This document shows positions 59,234 to 64,000 of a stretch of DNA of 64,000 bases, in pieces. The notes beneath the pieces are model-generated. The model was given only the letters and a program-made list of their open reading frames with translations. It was not told the DNA's origin and made no database searches. Position 1 is the first letter of the stretch. Every line of letters begins with the position of its first letter. Position numbers and translations under genes: made by a program. Source of the DNA: Pristiophorus japonicus (Eukaryota); assembly GCF_044704955.1 (NCBI RefSeq), contig NC_091991.1:13950001-14014000 (forward strand), written 5' to 3'.

Positions 59234-59291
59234 GTGACTATTGGTCTGTGGCCGGGACAGCGATTGGTCTCCACGCTCAGAAACATCGCCG

Positions 59292-59548
59292 CTCCCAGCA
59301 GGAACGGGGTGGTTATTGCCAGCAGGAATGGGGTGTTTGTTCCCAGCAGGAACGGGGTGGTTATTCCCAACAGGAATGGGGTGTTTGTTCCCAGCAGGAA
59401 CGGGGTGGTTATTCCCAACAGGAATGGGGTGGTTATTCCCAGCAGGAACGGGGTGGTTATTCCCAGCAGGAACGGGTGGTTAGTCCCACCAGGAATGGGG
59501 TGTTTGTTCCCAGCAGGAACGGGGTGTTTGCTCACAGCAGGAATGGGA
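59292..59548 (+). repeat. 24-bp minisatellite in TMEM86-like intron 1
   Basis: About 10 copies of cccagcaggaa(c/t)ggggtg(g/t)tt(a/g)tt. Confidence 0.93.
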
Positions 59549-59999
59549 TATTTTTTCCGATCATTTACTGAAAATGGGTAATTATATTCCCGCTAACTGA
59601 TCCAGGCAAGGAATTGAGAAAATACTCAGCTACCTATGAGTGTGAAGCAAGGGTTTGGGTCACGGATTAGGGTTAGGGTCAGGGGTTAGAGTTGGGGTCA
59701 GGTTTAAGTTGGGGTCAGGGGTCAGTGACCCGACTGCAGGGGGTATTCTCAATGACAGTTTTACCCCGAGAAATGCCTGTTTGCGAAGGTGGCGATGCCA
59801 GTGAGCGCTCCAAGCGGCGATGCCGGAACTCACACTGCCCTGGGTTGCTCACTATACCGGAGATTATGCAGCAATTCACTGAGCTCAGTTTGACACCGAA
59901 CAAAGGACTTTGGGGAGAGAATTCCCTCCGTCCCTTTCCGTGCTCAAAATAGGATTCAAGAAGTTAATTTTCCCTTTGGGACCCAGTTTTAAGATTTGA

Positions 60000-60135
60000 T
60001 GAAGATCTGACGAAGGATCATCGACCCGAATCGTTAACTCTGCTTCCTCTCCACAGATGCTGCCTGACCTGCTGAGATTTCCAGCATTTTCTGTTTTATT
60101 ACAGATTTCAGCATCCGCAGTATTTTGCTTTTGTC
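60000..60135 (+). mobile_element. Penelope-like element terminal fragment with a degenerate hammerhead-ribozyme motif
   Basis: ctgacgaaggatcatcgacccgaatcgttaactct...cagatgctgcctgacctgctgagatttccagcattttctgtt resembles the PLE-associated repeat end common in fish and shark genomes (recognised from memory). Confidence 0.55.
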
Positions 60136-60394
60136 CGAAGATTTGATGTTCTCCAGAGTCTCAAATCCCCAAACCCCAACCCCCTAAAACCCAAACCCCA
60201 ATACCTCATAACCCAAAGCCCCAAAATTTCAAATCCCAAAACCCCCAAACCCTTAGCCTCTCTGCTCCAGTGGGAGAGTCTCAGTATTTCCAGTCTCTCC
60301 TCATTAACTATAATTCCCCATCCTGGTGAATCCACAGTCCGCTCTCTGTGGCTTTAATGTCCTTTCTATAATGGGAACGAGAACTGTGCACAGA

Positions 60395-60655
60395 GTCACT
60401 GAGAGACCCCCCACACACGGGGAGCCACAGACCCCCACACATGGGGAGTCACTGGACCCCTACACACGGAGAGTCACAGAACCCCACACACGGGGAGTCA
60501 CTGGGACCCCCACACACAGGGAGCCACTGGGACCCCCACATACAGGGAGTCACTGGGACCCCCACACATGGGGAGTCACTGGGACCCCCACACACATGGG
60601 GAGTCACTGAGACCCCCCACACACGGGGAGTCACAGACCCCCACACATGGGGAGT
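60395..60655 (+). repeat. ~24-26-bp minisatellite
   Basis: About 10 copies of cacac(g/a)gggagtcactgggacccc. Confidence 0.9.
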
Positions 60656-60750
60656 AGTCATTGTGCCCTGAGATCACCCAGTAGATGGTAGTTTGATGTC
60701 AGTGTTTGGATTGTCGAGCTTTGTACTGACGATTTGCTCTTTGACTACAG

Positions 60751-60940
60751 TTGGTGTTCCCCTTTACTCTGGCCCTAATTGTGAGATACGAGTATGGAGT
60801 ATCCAAATACCCCCCAGGCATGTTGGCGTTGTTCCTCAACTGTTTGCCAATCCTCATCCTTATCGGCGCACTCCTGGTGACCAAGCAAAAAACTGTGTTC
60901 TCTCGTAGAGTGATGGCGGGACTGAGCTTTGCCACTGCAG
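60751..60940 (+). CDS. TMEM86/YhhN (lysoplasmalogenase-family) membrane protein, exon 2 (LVFPFTLALIV...LNCLPILILIG...RRVMAGLSFATA)
   Basis: ctacag| ... G|gtaagc; aligns to TMEM86A LVPFF...IKCLPI...RIFVGLVFSAVG. Confidence 0.85.
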
Positions 60941-61434
60941 GTAAGCAACCAGAAACGGTGACATTTCACTTTAACTCAGAGCCCGCAAAATGACTGTCCA
61001 ATACTCCAGGTGTCAGGGTGCCCAGAACTGTGCCCAGTACTCCAGGTGTGAGAGTCATTATCCGCTCCTGGCCTTTGTAACTCTCTCGCTCTACATCCCA
61101 ATATCTGGTTTGCTTTCCGGCCACATTCTGTGCTGTTGGTTTGAGTGAGTCAACCATCAACATCCTCAGATCCCCTCCTGTCCTGGAGTCTAGGTCCATA
61201 GGGGCAGAACTTCCACAGGGTTGATCGAATCTTACAGCCCATCCATCGTGCCTGTGCCGGCTCTCTGAAAGAGCGATCCCATCAATTCTCCTGCTTTTTT
61301 GCCACATCTTTGGCAGAAGATCAGTGGAAACAGCAGGTGAGTCTGTCCCTGTCTCCGGGATTTACTGATCCTCTGACAAAGTTACAGCTGTTAGGAACTG
61401 CAAAGGCAGTTCCAGGCCAGATACTTTATATTCT

Positions 61435-62195
61435 CACTGCCATATTCCTTGCTGCCATGCTCCACCTCACAGTCAACAAGCTCCCCGCTGGAGTGGAACT
61501 AAACTACAGAACCAGTGGGAACCTGTTCAACCTTCGCCGTCTCCAGGCCAGGTCCAAGACCACCCCAACCTCTATTGTCGAGCTACAGTACGTGGACAAT
61601 GTCCTGGCTGGACTATGTACAGTAGACACCTCAAGTCACTGGAGAAATACCACCAACGATCCTACAAATCCCCTGGGAGGACAGATGCACCAACATTCGC
61701 GTCCTTGACTAGGCCACAGCATTGAAGCACTGACCACACTTGATCAGCTCCGCTGGGCAGGCCACATTGTTCGCATGCCTGACACAAGATTCCCAAAGCA
61801 AGCACTCTACTCGGAACTCCTTCACGGCAAGCGAGCCGAAGGTGAGCAGAGGAAACGTTTCAAGGACACTGTCAAAGCCTCCCTGATAAAGTGCAACATC
61901 CCCACTGACACCTGGGTGTCCCTGGCCAAAGACCGCCCTAAGTGGAGGAAGTGCATCCATGAGGGCGCTGAGCACCTCGAGTCTCGTCGCCGAGAGCATG
62001 CAGAAATCAAGCGCAGGCAGCGGAAAGAGCGTGCGGCAAATCTGTCCCACCCACCCTTTCCCTTAACGACTATCTGTCCCACCTGTGACAGAGACTGTGG
62101 CTCTCGTATTGGACTGTTCAGTCATCTAAGAACTCATTTTAAGGGTGGAAGCAAGTCTTCCTCGATTCTGAGGGACTGCCTATGATGATGATGAT
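61435..62195 (+). mobile_element. RTE LINE 3' fragment with an internal deletion
   Basis: [27 protein letters not shown]-terminal CPTC..C...GLFSH zinc knuckle, (gat)n tail. Confidence 0.9.
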
Positions 62196-62379
62196 TCTCA
62201 CTGTTTATTTCTCAGTCTCGTTCAATGGCCAATTCACACAGACCCTTTGTCATTGGTTTGTCAGCTCCCTATTGTTAAAATGATAAATCCCATTGTCGTT
62301 CTGATTTTAATGTAAAATCCTTGAAAAGTCTGAGTTAAAACATAAATCGATAGTTTGAGATTCACTCAGAACAATGATA

Positions 62380-63482
62380 GCTCCGAGCAGAAGGTTGTGG
62401 GTTAAAATCCCTCTCCAGAGACTTGAGCCAGAAGCCAAGTTGACACTCTCAGTGCCAGATGGGCAGTACTGAGGGAGCACCACACTGTCGGAGGGGCAGT
62501 ACTGAGGGAGCACTGCACTGTTGGAGGGGCAGTACTGAGGGAGCGCTGCACTTTTGGAGGGGCAGTACTGCGGGAGTGCTGCATTGTCGGAGGGGCAGTA
62601 CTGAGGGAGAGCTACACTGTCGGAGGTACAGATCTGAGGGAGAGCTGCACTGTAGGAGGGGCAGTACTGAGGGAGCACCGCCCTGTCAGAGAATCAGTAC
62701 TGAGGGAGCATTGCACTCTCGGAGGGGCAGTACTGAGAGAGCGCCGCACTGAAAGGGGGCAGTACTGAGAGAGCGCTGCACTGTCGGAGGGGCAGTACTG
62801 AGGGAGCACCGCCCTGTCAGAGGGGCAGTACTGAGAGAGCACCGCACTGTCGGAGGGGCAGTACTGAGGGAGCACCGCCCTGTCAGAGGGGCAGTACTGA
62901 GAGAGCACCGCACTGTCGGAGGGGCAGTACTGAGGGAGCACCGCCCTGTCAGAGGGGCAGTACTGAGAGAGCACCGCACTGTCGGAGGTGCAGTACTGAG
63001 GGAGCACCGCCCTGTCAGAGGGGCAGTACTGAGAGAGCACCGCACTGTCGGAGGGGCAGTACTGAGGGAGCGTTGCACTGTCGGAGGGCAGTACGGTGGG
63101 AGTGCCTTCCTATGGATGAGACGTTATCTGAGTCTGCTCTCTCAGGTGAAGGTAAAAGATCCCGTGGCACTATTTCAAAGAAGAGCAGGGGAGTTTTCCC
63201 GGTATCCTGAGGCCAATATTTATCCCTCAACCAACATCACTAAACCAGTTAATCTGGTCTTTAAGAACATAAGAAATCGGAGCAGGAGTAGGCAATACGG
63301 CTCTTTGAGCCTGGTCCGCCATTCAATAAGATCACGGCTGATCTAGTATTATCACATTGCTATTTGTGGGAGCTTGCTGTGCACAAATTGGCTGCTGTGT
63401 GTCCTGCATTACAACAGTGATTACATTTCAAAAGTAGCTAATTGGCTGTAAAACGCTTTAGGCCATCCTGAGGTTGTGAACA
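62380..63482 (+). mobile_element. Near full-length DeuSINE: tRNA-like head, 33-bp minisatellite expansion (62460-63090), Deu core, antisense CR1-tail insert (~63262-63344) and 3' tail
   Basis: Head gaaggttgtgggttaaaatccc; about 19 repeat units; core ggatgagacgtt...aaagatcccgtggcactatttcaaagaagagcagggg; tail gtgggagcttgctgtgcacaaattggc. Confidence 0.85.
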
Positions 63483-63577
63483 GCTGTACCTCAGGGTCAA
63501 TCCCAACAGTGAGTGAATAAAGTCTGATTGTAACTCTGCCACACGATGAGTTTTAACTCTTCACTTTTGCCTTGCAG

Positions 63578-63999
63578 GGGAACTGTTCTATCTCTTCGAA
63601 GACCGCTACTTAATTCCGAGTTTCAGCTGTTTTGCGATCGCGTACCTTCTGTACAGTGCAGCGTTTGGGCTGAAGAGGGACAATCTGTACCTGGGTGGGA
63701 TCATGTTCCTCGTGATGTTGTCCGTGTATTACTTCGCGTCTCCGGGAGTTCACGGTCTGCCCCAGGCTGTGTCCTATGCGTACACTGTGCCACTCGTGCT
63801 GATGATCTGGAGAGCAGTGGCTTGGTGTCGGCGGAACCACCGCAACAGCTTGCTTGGTCTGTTCGGGACTATCATACTTGCCATGTCCGACACTGTCCTG
63901 TCAGATCGCTTATTTTCATTCCCGGTCCCTCACCATGCGTACCTTGTGAGTTCCTCCTACTATGCAGGACAGCTCTTCATCGCCCTGTCTGTCACATAG
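63578..63999 (+). CDS. TMEM86/YhhN-like terminal exon (ELFYLFEDRY...MIWRAV...AMSDTV...FPVPH...SYYAGQLFIALSVT*); full protein ~208 aa
   Basis: cttttgccttgcag|, phase 1, open to TAG at 63997-63999; YhhN motifs WRA, SD, FPVP and YY.(A/G)Q..(I/V)ALS; several hydrophobic TM segments. Confidence 0.9.
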
Positions 64000-64000
64000 G

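Noticed and set aside
59655-59725. TTAGGG-like hexamers suggesting an interstitial telomere
   Set aside because: Only one or two perfect units within a degenerate gggtca/gggtta low-complexity tract; insufficient evidence.

Overview
Eukaryotic, vertebrate DNA, most likely a cartilaginous fish (shark). That assignment is inferred from the repeat content: dense CR1, L2 and RTE LINEs and SacSINE1/DeuSINE-like SINEs. The window holds a complete 15-exon PWP1 gene (WD40 ribosome-biogenesis protein) on the + strand, CDS 4056-56835, about 500 aa. It has a CpG-island/ETS promoter and a 200-N assembly gap inside intron 2. Its 34.5-kb intron 9 hosts an antisense nested gene, a single-coding-exon C1QTNF4/CTRP4-like secreted protein with two tandem C1q domains (16636-15548). 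Downstream of PWP1 is a 3-exon TMEM86/YhhN (lysoplasmalogenase-family) gene (about 59219-63999). Its reading frame is intact, but residues aligning with conserved active-site positions are substituted. The rest is mostly retroelements, several nested, and many GC-rich minisatellites, several amplified from internal segments of SINEs/LINEs. No prokaryotic systems or CRISPR arrays are present. Human orthologue sequences used for comparison were recalled from memory, not searched. Repeat boundaries are approximate.
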